Positions 39,077 through 49,383 are shown, numbered from the stretch's first letter. The stretch is DNA of 64,000 nt from Candidatus Multivoradales bacterium (GCA_965223325.1 CBDCWI010000001.1:1472001-1536000); one strand, 5' to 3'. The notes: a model not told the origin generated them from the letters alone. Made by a program: numbers and translations.

Positions 39077-40497
39077 GTATCTCCCTCGGCTTTCATGGTG
39101 CAGCGCGCACGGTTACCGGTTCGCGCTATCTGCTCGATCTAGACGGCAACCGCACGGTCATCGACTGCGGCCTCTTTCAAGGTCATAAGGCGCTACGCAA
39201 ACTGAACTGGCGCGAGCCTCCGTTCGAGCCCGGCTCGGTCGATCGCGTGCTTCTGACCCACGCCCACATCGACCACATCGGCGCTCTGCCGCGACTCGTC
39301 AAGCAGGGGTTCTCGGGCCCGGTGCACTGCACGTCGGCGACCCGGGAGTTGGCGAAGATTCTGCTCGTCGACTCGGCCGAGATCCACGAAGAGGACGCGC
39401 GCTATGCCAACAAGAAGAAGTACAGCAAGCACGACCCTGCGCTGCCGCTCTACACCGTTTCGGACGCGAAGCAGACTCTCAAGCTGCTCGAGAAGGTCCA
39501 GCTCGACAAATGGGTACCGCTCGGGAAGTCGAAGGGTGGTGTGGCAGGCCGGGCGCGCTACGTCACCGCTGGTCACATTCTCGGTTCGACCTCGATCGAG
39601 GTAGTCATCGAGCGCAAAGGCAAGAAGGACATCACCATTGTCTTCAGCGGCGACGTCGGCCGTTACGACATGCCCCTGCACGTCGACCCGACGCCGTGCC
39701 CGCCGTGCGACGTCTTGATCTGCGAGTCGACCTACGGCAGCCGTGACCACAACGACATCGTGCCGGTACCGGAACAACTTCGGATGGCCATCCAGGGCAC
39801 CATCGATCGGGGCGGTACGGTGCTGATCCCGGCGTTTGCGGTCGGTCGATCGCAACAGCTCACCTACATCATTCGCGAGCTCATCCAGGACGGCGAGCTG
39901 CCCGACATCCCGATTCACATCGACAGTCCGATGGCGGTCGACGCGACGCACATCTACGGTCAGCACATGAACGAGCACCAGCTCGACCCCGAAGTCTTCG
40001 AGCACGGCAAGAGCCGCCTGTTTCCCGACCACGTCGATCTTTGCCGCTCGGTCAAGCAGTCGAAGGCGTTGAACGACAAGCCGGGGCCGCGCGTGATCAT
40101 CTCGGCGAGCGGCATGATGACGGCAGGTCGCGTAGTTCATCATCTTGCGCGCCTGGCGGGCGACCGCAAGAACCTGATCATGGTCGCTGGCTACCAGGCG
40201 GCCGGAACGCGCGGTCGTCAGTTGCTCGACGGCAGGCCGACCATTCGCATGCATGGCCGGGAGATCAAAGTGCGGGCGCGCATCATGTCGTTGCACGGCC
40301 TTTCGGCGCATGCCGGGCGCGACGAACTGATGCGTTTCGTCACCGGAGGTGGCGCGGCCCCGCACAAGGTGTACCTGACCCACGGCGAACCCGAGTCGTC
40401 GTTTGCGCTGGCGCAGCTGTTTGAGTCGGAGCTCAATTGGGACGCCGAAGTGCCAGAGCTCGACGAGGTCATCGATCTCGAGCAGCTCGTCGACTGA
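39073..40497 (+). CDS. Metallo-beta-lactamase/beta-CASP ribonuclease
   Basis: THAHIDH, GHILGS, ESTYG, FAVGRSQ, SAHA and THGE motifs. Confidence 0.92.
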   Translation: MSISLGFHGAARTVTGSRYLLDLDGNRTVIDCGLFQGHKALRKLNWREPPFEPGSVDRVLLTHAHIDHIGALPRLVKQGFSGPVHCTSATRELAKILLVDSAEIHEEDARYANKKKYSKHDPALPLYTVSDAKQTLKLLEKVQLDKWVPLGKSKGGVAGRARYVTAGHILGSTSIEVVIERKGKKDITIVFSGDVGRYDMPLHVDPTPCPPCDVLICESTYGSRDHNDIVPVPEQLRMAIQGTIDRGGTVLIPAFAVGRSQQLTYIIRELIQDGELPDIPIHIDSPMAVDATHIYGQHMNEHQLDPEVFEHGKSRLFPDHVDLCRSVKQSKALNDKPGPRVIISASGMMTAGRVVHHLARLAGDRKNLIMVAGYQAAGTRGRQLLDGRPTIRMHGREIKVRARIMSLHGLSAHAGRDELMRFVTGGGAAPHKVYLTHGEPESSFALAQLFESELNWDAEVPELDEVIDLEQLVD

Positions 40498-40679
40498 GGA
40501 GGCAGGTCGCGGGCGCATGAGGGACGAACCGCCGCGACGCAGCGACGGGTCGCGAAAGAGTGGCCTGCTCCTGGTCTAGCGCAAGGCGCCGTCGCGAGTT
40601 CCACCCCACCCTGAAACATCTGCCGGGCACGGTCGTTCTCTCGAGTAGCTATCTCACTCCCAAAGCTCGAGGACACCTC

Positions 40680-42281
40680 ATGCGCAACCTAGAAGTCCTG
40701 TTCGTCGTAGTCGTCAGCTGCCTGGTCGCGGCCGGCTCCGCTGCCGCGACCGGTATCGCACCGCCGCCGAACGCGGAAGTTCCAGAAACGGTGACCTTCG
40801 CGCGGGACGTCGCGCCCATCCTCTTCGAGCACTGCTCGAGCTGCCATCGGCCGGGAGACATCGCCCCGATGGCCCTCCTCAGCTACGACGAAGCGCGTCC
40901 GTGGGCCAAGAGCATCCAGCGCGCCGTAGTGTCTGGAGATATGCCGCCGTGGGGCGCTAGTGCCGCGCACGGTCGGTTCAAGAACGACCGCACACTGAGC
41001 ACCCACGAGATCGCGGTGATCGATCGTTGGGTGACACAGGGGGCGAAACCAGGTGACCCGAAAGACATGCCGGCGCCACCCGAGTTCACCAAAGACTGGC
41101 GACTGGGAGAGCCAGATCTCATCGTTCGCTTCGACCAGGTCGAGCTCTCGGCGGGCGGCCCTGACGTCTTTAGAGATCTGTTCAGGAAAGCCGATCTCGA
41201 AGAGGATCGTTGGCTCCGCGCGGTCGAGGTCAGGCCAGGCAACCGAGAGGTTCTGCACCACGTGATTCTGTTTGCCGCTCTGGGCAACGGCCCACCGGAG
41301 AGTGGCTGGCTGGGAGCCTGGGCCGCAGGAATGGCACCGATGGAGTTCCCGCCGGGGACCGGCAAACGCGTCGGCAAAGGAAGCGTTCTGGTCGCCGACA
41401 TGCACTATCACCCGGCGGATGAGCCAACGACCGACCAGACCGAGATCGGTCTCTACTTCTACGACGAAGCGCCGGCCGCGGAGCTGCAGAACATCTGGAT
41501 CCAGAACGCCGCCTTCAAGATTCCTGCCGGGGCCGCCAACCACGAGGTGCGCGCAACCTACACCTTCGAGAACCCGGGGTCGATCCACGGCCTGCTGCCC
41601 CATATGCACTATCGCGGCAAAGACTTCACATACATCGCACACTATCCAGACGGCACCAGCGAGACGCTTCTCGAGGTCAACGACTACGACTTCAACTGGC
41701 AAACCCTCTACGAACTGGCGGAACCAGTCGAGATCCCGGCCGGAACCAAAGTCGAGTGCATCGCACACTACGACAACTCAACCGGCAACCCTGCCAACCC
41801 CGACCCCACCCGCGACGTCACCTTCGGCGACGAGTCCTACGACGAAATGATGATCGGCTTCGTCGACTTCACGGTTGCCGACGGGGTCGTCGTATTGCCG
41901 ATGGCAGAGCGGCTGCGCCAGGCGGCGACCGAAGCGGCTCTCGCTTCACCCGACGCATCGTTCTGGGTCTCGATCTGGGAGAGCGACGATCCCGATGAGA
42001 GAATCCCCGGTCTCTTCGTCATACCCGGAGATGGCGGCGGCACGCTCAAGATGCCGATGAACGGTCAACTGCTCGATGCGACCCTCGAGATCGTTCACGA
42101 CGGCGACCTTTTCGCGGGCACTCTGGCGATTCCTTTTGGCGAGTTCCCGATCTCGGGCACGATCGCGAACGGAGCGTTGCGAGGCGAGATCGACCTCTCG
42201 GCGGCGGGCGAAGAGACCGTTTTGTTCGAAGGTGGTCTCGCACGCAAAGCCCCAATCCCTGGAACACCCGAAGCGCCCTGA
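40680..42281 (+). CDS. Secreted cytochrome c / copper type II monooxygenase-like protein
   Basis: Signal peptide; CSSCH, MPPW, LHH, MHY, PHMH, YDFNWQ and DEMM motifs. Confidence 0.78.
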   Translation: MRNLEVLFVVVVSCLVAAGSAAATGIAPPPNAEVPETVTFARDVAPILFEHCSSCHRPGDIAPMALLSYDEARPWAKSIQRAVVSGDMPPWGASAAHGRFKNDRTLSTHEIAVIDRWVTQGAKPGDPKDMPAPPEFTKDWRLGEPDLIVRFDQVELSAGGPDVFRDLFRKADLEEDRWLRAVEVRPGNREVLHHVILFAALGNGPPESGWLGAWAAGMAPMEFPPGTGKRVGKGSVLVADMHYHPADEPTTDQTEIGLYFYDEAPAAELQNIWIQNAAFKIPAGAANHEVRATYTFENPGSIHGLLPHMHYRGKDFTYIAHYPDGTSETLLEVNDYDFNWQTLYELAEPVEIPAGTKVECIAHYDNSTGNPANPDPTRDVTFGDESYDEMMIGFVDFTVADGVVVLPMAERLRQAATEAALASPDASFWVSIWESDDPDERIPGLFVIPGDGGGTLKMPMNGQLLDATLEIVHDGDLFAGTLAIPFGEFPISGTIANGALRGEIDLSAAGEETVLFEGGLARKAPIPGTPEAP

Positions 42282-42336
42282 CCGAGCCTCACCCGCCAAA
42301 GCGCCGACTCTTCCACGGAAGGGTTAGAGTCTTGCC

Positions 42337-43233
42337 GTGGCGGAGAACGACATACCGGAAGGCCTGCCGAACCGCGAGGCCGCGGCACCCGAGGCCGTAG
42401 CGCAACGTGCCCTGGAAACAGGCGGCGGGCCACGTCCGTCTGGCTCGATGAGCACCGAGCCGACCGTCACCCGGCTGACGCTCTATGCCCTTTCGAGCGC
42501 CGTGTGCGCCGTCATCCCGATTCCTTTTCTCGATTCGCACCTCTTGCGACGCGTGCGTCGCCGCATGGTGCGCGAGATCGCCACCGATAGCGGTGTGGCT
42601 CTCAACGAACCCGAGGTGCGACACCTCTCGGGCACCGATAGCACGTCGCCCCTGGGCTGCGTCTTCGGAGTCCTGATCGGCAGCTTCTTCAAGCTCGTGT
42701 ACCAGATCGTCCGCCGCGTCTTTCGCACCATCATGTTCTGGCTGATGGTCAAAGACGCCGCCGATGCGGCCTCGAAGACGTTTCACGAAGGTTTTCTCGT
42801 GGGTGCGGGAATGGAGTCGCTGGCGGCCTGGAAGAAGTCCAGCGAGTCGATTCAGGTCCCGGCTGCCACCGCTACCGCAACCACCACTGCCACCACCACC
42901 GAAACCCAGGTCATCGATCTCGTGTCGCAGGAAGTGCGCTGGCTCCGCCACGTCATCGACAGAACCACCAGGGACGCCGACACGCGGGTCATCCAAGGAA
43001 CCATCCGCGGCGTCCTGCGCGGCAGCCGTAGCCTCCTGGCAAAAGCCGCCAGACCCTTCGCCCGCCGCGCCCGCCTCAACGAAAAGAGCGATCCGACCTC
43101 CGAGCCAGCCCCTGAACAAGTCGCCGAACTCGCTCCCGACCTCGTCGACGCCATGACCAGCGCCCTCCTACGCGAAAAGCGCTACCTCGACGACCTCGAA
43201 CGCCACTTCCTCGACTACCTACACCCCACCTGA
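42337..43233 (+). CDS. Hypothetical membrane-associated protein
   Basis: Long ORF; IPIPFLD motif and a hydrophobic segment. Confidence 0.6.
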   Translation: MAENDIPEGLPNREAAAPEAVAQRALETGGGPRPSGSMSTEPTVTRLTLYALSSAVCAVIPIPFLDSHLLRRVRRRMVREIATDSGVALNEPEVRHLSGTDSTSPLGCVFGVLIGSFFKLVYQIVRRVFRTIMFWLMVKDAADAASKTFHEGFLVGAGMESLAAWKKSSESIQVPAATATATTTATTTETQVIDLVSQEVRWLRHVIDRTTRDADTRVIQGTIRGVLRGSRSLLAKAARPFARRARLNEKSDPTSEPAPEQVAELAPDLVDAMTSALLREKRYLDDLERHFLDYLHPT

Positions 43234-43271
43234 CACCCGGGTCCCCACCCGGGTCCCCCCACCCGGGTCCC
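43234..43271. repeat. CACCCGGGTCCC x3 tandem repeat
   Basis: Copies at 43234, 43246 and 43260. Confidence 0.7.
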
Positions 43272-43361
43272 TGCCCGGGAATGGGGGGTGGGGCTAGACT
43301 GTTCTCCTGTGCGACTTATGTTGATTGTAAAGGTTGTAAAACTCGATATACTTGGATTCTT

Positions 43362-44264
43362 GTGTTGAGAGGAGTTCTGCATCCATCACGGTTTGTCGAA
43401 CGCGTCCGCCGTCGCGTCGAAAGGCCGTACCGAAGGCGCCGACTGACGCCTGAGTCTGCCCATGCCGGGGTCGACGACAAACCGCATGCTGCGTTGCGCC
43501 TCATCACCTGGAACCTGGCGCACGGCCGCGGTCCGCGACAGACCCACTTTCGCCGTCGTCGTCTCGAGCGCAATATCGAGAACGTCGCCCGCACGGTTCG
43601 CTGTCTCGAAGCGGACATCGTCGCCCTCCAGGAGGCCGATGGCCCTTCAATCTGGAGTGGCAACTTTGACCACGTCGCCACTCTCGCGGAGCTGGCTGAG
43701 CTCGATGATCACTTTCGCGGCGATCACAATCACTGGGGTTCCGACCGCTTGAACACCGGCACTGCCCTGCTCGCGCGCCATCCCCTCCTCGAGCCGCTCT
43801 CGCACCGTTTTGGTGAGAACTGGCGCGATACCAAGGGTTTTGTCGTCGCGACGATCGAAGTGCCGCAATGGCACGGGCATCCGCTCGACGTCGTCTCGGT
43901 TCACCTTGACCCGCTCGTGCCGCGCATCCGGCAGCGACAGATCGCCCAGATGACCGAAGAGCTTTCCGATCGGCAGAACCCCTTGGTTCTTTTGGGTGAT
44001 CTCAACTGTTGCTTCATGACCGAGCCCCAGTCGCTGGATACCCTTGCTGAGGCGCTGTCGCTGGAAGCCTTCCAGCCCGACTCACACTCACCGACCTACC
44101 CGGCCTCGCGCCCGGTTCGACGCCTGGACTGGATTCTGATCTCGAGCGAGCTCGGCTGGGGCGGCTACGGCACCCTCCCGGTCCATCTCTCGGATCATCT
44201 CTTGGTAACCGCCGATCTGGTGCTCGAAGAACAGGCAATGCCCCTGGCGGTCGCCGGCGGCTGA
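43362..44264 (+). CDS. Endonuclease/exonuclease/phosphatase family protein
   Basis: TWNLAHG, ALQE, VHL, GDLN, LDWI and SDHL motifs; start uncertain (TTGTAA...TATACT promoter-like at 43325-43352). Confidence 0.88.
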   Translation: MLRGVLHPSRFVERVRRRVERPYRRRRLTPESAHAGVDDKPHAALRLITWNLAHGRGPRQTHFRRRRLERNIENVARTVRCLEADIVALQEADGPSIWSGNFDHVATLAELAELDDHFRGDHNHWGSDRLNTGTALLARHPLLEPLSHRFGENWRDTKGFVVATIEVPQWHGHPLDVVSVHLDPLVPRIRQRQIAQMTEELSDRQNPLVLLGDLNCCFMTEPQSLDTLAEALSLEAFQPDSHSPTYPASRPVRRLDWILISSELGWGGYGTLPVHLSDHLLVTADLVLEEQAMPLAVAGG

Positions 44265-44473
44265 GCGCGGTCCTCTCCGGAGGTGATTCGGGCCCAGGGC
44301 CGCCCGCTCGCCGCCCCCTTTTGCCCCGAGGCACGATTCCTTCGGGCAAACGACGGCTTGCCGGAGAAGCGCGGCCGAGAAACCGCTCATCCCGGGGCCG
44401 AGCCGATCTGGCCTGGAAACTGCATCCCTGTGCCTGACACCCTAAGGTCTCTCTGCCAATCCGGAACAGTTCT

Positions 44474-46429
44474 TTGATGTTGATCGCTCCCAGGGACTCT
44501 CGCCCTCGCCCGACCACCGCGACCTGCCGAAGGCCCGGACCCGCTGTTCTCCTGGCGGCCTCTCTGCTTCTCGTGGGGTCGCTTCCCGCCACTGCTCAAC
44601 TGGCGGCGACCACCCCGTCACCGATGTGCCAGGTCGACGGCACCGTCTGGGACCTGCTTTATCGCGACGGCGTCTGGTTCGTCGCCGGCAAGTTCGAGTA
44701 CGCGCGACCGGCGGGTGCCGCACCCGGCGTGGGCGAAGTGCTACGCCGCGGCCTTGCGGCCTGCGACGCCCTGACCGGCGCTGTTCTTCCATGGGATGCC
44801 CAGCTGCTCTACACCGCCGCGGCCGACACCGAGGTGCGGTCGCTGTCTCTTTCCCCCGACGGGTCGGTGCTCTACATCGGCGGTCGGTTCACCTGGGTCG
44901 GAGGCAGCGAGGAGATCCGTAAGCACGCAATCTCGGTTGACGCCGACACCGGGGCCTACCGGCCCAGCTGGCGGCCGAGGCCGAACCGCAGGCTCTACGC
45001 GATCCTCGCCTCTCCCGATGGCGAGACGGTCTACCTCGGCGGGGACTTCTTCGAGATCGAGAGCTCGAGTGCCGCCCGCACCCAGGTCGCGGCCGTCGCC
45101 GCCTCGAACGCTCTCGTGGTCCCGAGCTTCGACCCGCTTCTCGAGCGCAACGACGCGGGTACCCCCTGGATCCACGCCCTGGCGCTCTCGGGTGACGGCG
45201 AAACCCTCTACTTCGGCGGCAACTTCGATGAGGTCGACAACCAGGCGCGCAACTCGGTGGCTGCCGTCGATGCCAACACCGGGGCCCTGCAGCCCTTTGC
45301 GCCAGATCTCGAGGACACGAACCCCCTGGACCAGGAAGTGACGGTCGCTGACCTCATCTGGCATGAGGGTTTCATCTACATCTGCGGAGACTGGTGGTTG
45401 ACCGAAGGGATCGGGTCGAACACCGACCAGCGCAACATCAACCGCTTTCGCCCCGACACCAGCCTGGCCGACCGCAGCTGGTGGCCATCGACTGACGGCG
45501 GCGTCCAGGCCTGCGCCCTCGATCCCATTGAGCGTGTCGTGTACGTGGGCGGCCACTTCGATGTCGCCAACGGCATCTCGTCCCCCGACCTCTTTGCCTT
45601 CGACCTCGCTGGCAATGCAGTCCCCGAGTGGCGCCCCGGCACCAACGGAACAGAGGGCGTCTACGGGCTGCGCCTGGGCGCCGGCGCCCTCGCCGTCGGC
45701 GGTCGTTTCACGTCGACGGGTGGCAGCACGGCCGAGAGTGCGGCTCGCTACACCATCGCACGGGAGGCAGCGATGGTCATCGGCAACCCCTCTTCCCCAA
45801 CCCCCGCCGAGGCCACAGCCCGTCGCCGACTGGAGTCCGCTGCCGGCTTCGCGGTCAGTCTGCTCGACGACGATGGAACGTTCGCCAGCGACCTCAACGC
45901 CTTCGACCTTGGCCTGGTGAGCGCAAGCGCCACGAGTAGCGGTCTCGGCAACCGACTACGAAGCACCACGACGCCCCTCCTGACCTGGAACCCAACGTCC
46001 TATGCCGGCCTCGAGTTGACCGAGGGAGTCGCCGGGCTCGATTTCGGAACGTCGAACACAACCTCGGTCAACGTCACCGCGAACGTCTTGCCCTTCTCTG
46101 GACAGCTCTTCGGAACCACCGCCATGCTCGATTCTGCCCGCGACCTCGGCTGGGGGGAACCCGCAGGGGCCCTGGTCGCAGCGCGCGTCAGTGATCACCC
46201 CGCCCTTTTCAGCTTCCTGCCCGGCCAGCCGCTCGCCGACAACTCCCCAGCGGCCAACTGCCGGACGGCCTTTCCGGGGGACGCCACCAGCTTCAACCGC
46301 CACACCGGCGTGGGTTGGCTTCTCTTCGACAGCGCCGTGGCCTGGAGCGCGCGCAGCTGTCAGCGTTGGCTGTTCGGGAATGGCTTCGAGACCGGTACGA
46401 CCGGCGGTTGGAGCACCACCCAGGGCTAG
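44474..46429 (+). CDS. Secreted beta-propeller protein with a C-terminal FxNGFETGxxxxWS motif
   Basis: Signal peptide; repeated LY(I/L/F/V)GGxF blades. Confidence 0.75.
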   Translation: MMLIAPRDSRPRPTTATCRRPGPAVLLAASLLLVGSLPATAQLAATTPSPMCQVDGTVWDLLYRDGVWFVAGKFEYARPAGAAPGVGEVLRRGLAACDALTGAVLPWDAQLLYTAAADTEVRSLSLSPDGSVLYIGGRFTWVGGSEEIRKHAISVDADTGAYRPSWRPRPNRRLYAILASPDGETVYLGGDFFEIESSSAARTQVAAVAASNALVVPSFDPLLERNDAGTPWIHALALSGDGETLYFGGNFDEVDNQARNSVAAVDANTGALQPFAPDLEDTNPLDQEVTVADLIWHEGFIYICGDWWLTEGIGSNTDQRNINRFRPDTSLADRSWWPSTDGGVQACALDPIERVVYVGGHFDVANGISSPDLFAFDLAGNAVPEWRPGTNGTEGVYGLRLGAGALAVGGRFTSTGGSTAESAARYTIAREAAMVIGNPSSPTPAEATARRRLESAAGFAVSLLDDDGTFASDLNAFDLGLVSASATSSGLGNRLRSTTTPLLTWNPTSYAGLELTEGVAGLDFGTSNTTSVNVTANVLPFSGQLFGTTAMLDSARDLGWGEPAGALVAARVSDHPALFSFLPGQPLADNSPAANCRTAFPGDATSFNRHTGVGWLLFDSAVAWSARSCQRWLFGNGFETGTTGGWSTTQG

Positions 46430-46569
46430 GAGTCCTCGACGCTGCCGCGCAGCCCGAGGGCCAAGGTGCTGAAGGGTCTTTGCCGACCCACCCGCATCGG
46501 TTGGACCCAGCAAGGAGAAAAGGCGGCAAGCGCTTGGCCTGCCGCCTCCCCCGAACATCGCAGCCGCCG

Positions 46570-47751
46570 CTAGCGCGGCTGCCCGACGACGGAAACGAAA
46601 CTCACACAGCGCCCGGGTGCACCACCCAGGTTGTGGGTCAGCGCGTACTCGGGGTTCTCGATCTGCCGCTCGCCCGCTTCACCGCGGAACTGCAGCCAGC
46701 ACTCGTACATCATGCGAAGCCCCGAAGCCCCGATCGGGTGCCCGAAACTCTTGAGGCCGCCGTCAGGATTGACCGGCTGCGGCCCGGTGAGATCGAAGCG
46801 ACCGTCGAGGGTGTCCTTCCAGGCCTTGCCACGCTCGGAAAACCCGAGGTCCTCCATCAACACCAGCTCGGTGGGCGTGAAGCAATCGTGCACCTCGGCC
46901 ATCGAGATCTGCTCACGCGGATCGGTGATGCCAGCCTGCTTGTAGGCGTCCTTGGCCGACTCGACCACTTCGGTGAAGGTGGTGAAGTCATAGTCCTGGC
47001 GCTTCGGACCCTCGGCCGGACCCGAAACGAAAGACAGTGCCTTGATGAAGATCGGGTTGTCGCTGTACTTGTGGGCATCTTCGGCGCGACAAATGACTGC
47101 CGCAGCCGCACCGTCAGATACGCCCGAGCAGTCCATGATGCCGAGCATGCCCGCAACCTTCGGAGAGGCATTGATCTTCTCCACCGACACTTCCTTCTGG
47201 AACTGCGCCTTCGGGTTGCGCGCACCGTTGTAGTGGTTCTTGTGGGCGATCTTGGTGAGCACGTCGCGCAGGGTGTCGAGATCGACTCCATACTTTTCGG
47301 CATAGGCGGGCGCCAGGAGCGAGAAGTTGGCCGGTGCGGTAGTGCCCGCTTCGGTACCGTCAGAAGGAGGCGCGCTACCGGTCAACCCCGAGAAGCCTGA
47401 GTCCTTCAGCTTCTCGACACCGATGGCCATCACCAGGTCGTAGGCACCGCTGGCCACCGCGTAAGCGGCATTGCGAATTGCCTCGCTCCCCGTGGCACAC
47501 ATGTTCTCGACATGAGTCACCGGCTTGTACTGGATCTTGAGCGGGTCCGTGAGCATCAGGCCCGAAATACCGCTCGACAGCGTTCCAAGCCAGTAGGCAT
47601 CGACCTGGCCGGCTTCGACTCCCGCCGAGGCGTAGGCGTCCTGCGCCGCATCGACAAGCAGGTCGGCAGCGCTGCGGTCCCAGTGCTCTCCAAACTTCGT
47701 ACAGCCCATGCCAACGATTGCGACGCGATCGCAAATTCCATTACTACTCAT
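46570..47751 (-). CDS. Thiolase (acetyl-CoA acetyltransferase, SCP2-like)
   Basis: ENMCATGSEA, EVHDCF, GHPIGASG and HNLGG motifs. Confidence 0.93.
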   Translation of the reverse strand: MSSNGICDRVAIVGMGCTKFGEHWDRSAADLLVDAAQDAYASAGVEAGQVDAYWLGTLSSGISGLMLTDPLKIQYKPVTHVENMCATGSEAIRNAAYAVASGAYDLVMAIGVEKLKDSGFSGLTGSAPPSDGTEAGTTAPANFSLLAPAYAEKYGVDLDTLRDVLTKIAHKNHYNGARNPKAQFQKEVSVEKINASPKVAGMLGIMDCSGVSDGAAAAVICRAEDAHKYSDNPIFIKALSFVSGPAEGPKRQDYDFTTFTEVVESAKDAYKQAGITDPREQISMAEVHDCFTPTELVLMEDLGFSERGKAWKDTLDGRFDLTGPQPVNPDGGLKSFGHPIGASGLRMMYECWLQFRGEAGERQIENPEYALTHNLGGAPGRCVSFVSVVGQPR

Positions 47752-47991
47752 AAGAAAAGAGTCCTCTCATGGTTGAAGCCCCGTTGGTTCGTGAGGAGCT
47801 TCTCGTTTCGTTGGCCGCCCGTCGCGCCGTGCGGGGTTTCCGCGCGACGACCCGGCAGCGTATGGGAGCGACCGTTTGAAGAGTCGGTCGGTAGCGACCC
47901 TGGTCGGGCCATCTGTCTAACGGAGACCGGTACTCCGGTTCCCAGGTTGATTCTATCCATGCGCGATGAAACGCCTTGGCCAGGCCTGACA

Positions 47992-49383
47992 TCACCCCTT
48001 GCGCTGCGGCCGCGCCTTCCAGAAGTAGTTGTGCACTCCATCTGCGGTGTGGAACAAACGAAAGGTCATCTCGAGCTCGTCGCCGATCGCGACCTTCTCG
48101 GGATCGACATCGGTGAGCTGGCAGATGTAGCGCCCAGAATCCTCGAAGTCGAGCACAGCAGCAACCACCGGCGGCTGAAGCGAGTACGCCAGTCGATCAA
48201 GGGTATAGGTGGCGATTCGACAGGCCGCATCGGCGAACGGCGCTGGCTCCATCTCGTCGACCTTCTGGCACTGAACGCAGACGCGTTGCGGCGGCAGCTG
48301 CGCGGCCCCACAGGCGGTACAGCGAGATCCCACAAAGGCGTACTTCCAGCGCTCGGAGCGCGCCATCGGCGGAGCGGCGGGACGTTCCGGATCAGGACGG
48401 CGAGGTGGTTCGAAGGCGAGGACCCCGCGCCACTTCAAGTAGGTGGTGTAGGCAATGTCGTTGCGCTTGGCCTTGACCCAGTCATCCACAGAATGGCGCG
48501 GGCGTTGTGAGGCGATTCTGTCGGTCACCTCGAGCACCACCGCGTCCGCTCCGTCTGCGGCACCCAGAACCAGAATCTTCTCACCCGGGTTCGCTTCATC
48601 GAGAGCGCCGGCGAGCATCAGTCCAACGTGCGCCGAACCCGTTCGCCCGATGGTGCCGGAGTGGGCGTCGGCAATCTTGTCGGGATCGAGTTTCGACATA
48701 CCGAGCACCGTGCGCACGGCGCGTGCGTTGGTGCCATCCAGCACGACCCGACTGAGCTCTTCGGGTTTGACACCGGCCTCGCGGAGGACCTCTTCGATCA
48801 GTCCGCCGATCAACGGAACGAACACATCGGCGCCGAAGCGTTCCTCCCACTGTTTCGCAAACGGCATGCCGTCGCTCCGCCAGACATCGAGCACCTGCTC
48901 GGTCACCGAAGCGACCGCAACCACACGCGCAAGCGCTTCCTTGTCGGGACCGAACACAAAAGCACAGGCGCCATCTCCTCCAGCGGACTCCCGGCTGCCG
49001 CTGGGAGCACCAACGACAACCTCGCCGGACGCCGCCAGGACCCGGCGCCCGCCGTCTGCCATTGAGGCAGCAGTCAACAGCGACGAGACGCCGGAACGCG
49101 TCGAACCGGCAAGATCGAGAGCCAGCGTTTCGGCCGGCAGGTCCAGCGCCGCGCTGACCGTGGCGGCATTGAGCTTCTCGAGATAGGGGTGCGTGGTGCT
49201 GGCGAAGAGAACGGTATCTGGAGCCGCAGCGTCGCGCACCGCATCACGAGCCGCCTCGACCGCCATCGACACCGAGTCTTCGTCGAAGCTTGCGATCGCT
49301 CGTTCCCCACGCCCACCACCAAACGCCTTACGCTCTAGTCGAAAGAACGGCACATAACTGCCATAGCGCACGATTCCGGCCAC
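47992..49383 (-). CDS. HMG-CoA-synthase-like domain fused to a Zn-ribbon/OB-fold (DUF35) domain
   Basis: DEDSVSMAVEA, GGDGACA, CTACG...CVQC, TFR and NYFWKARP; AGGAGG SD before GTG 49383. Confidence 0.88.
   Translation of the reverse strand: MAGIVRYGSYVPFFRLERKAFGGGRGERAIASFDEDSVSMAVEAARDAVRDAAAPDTVLFASTTHPYLEKLNAATVSAALDLPAETLALDLAGSTRSGVSSLLTAASMADGGRRVLAASGEVVVGAPSGSRESAGGDGACAFVFGPDKEALARVVAVASVTEQVLDVWRSDGMPFAKQWEERFGADVFVPLIGGLIEEVLREAGVKPEELSRVVLDGTNARAVRTVLGMSKLDPDKIADAHSGTIGRTGSAHVGLMLAGALDEANPGEKILVLGAADGADAVVLEVTDRIASQRPRHSVDDWVKAKRNDIAYTTYLKWRGVLAFEPPRRPDPERPAAPPMARSERWKYAFVGSRCTACGAAQLPPQRVCVQCQKVDEMEPAPFADAACRIATYTLDRLAYSLQPPVVAAVLDFEDSGRYICQLTDVDPEKVAIGDELEMTFRLFHTADGVHNYFWKARPQRKG

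Noticed and set aside
39193-40518. Long antisense ORFs (also 13868-15244, 57686-58885, 59414-60601)
   Set aside because: Shadow frames of well-supported genes in GC-rich DNA
43234-43290. CRISPR array from the short tandem repeats (also 30120 and 60715)
   Set aside because: Units are 11-14 bp with no spacers and no cas genes
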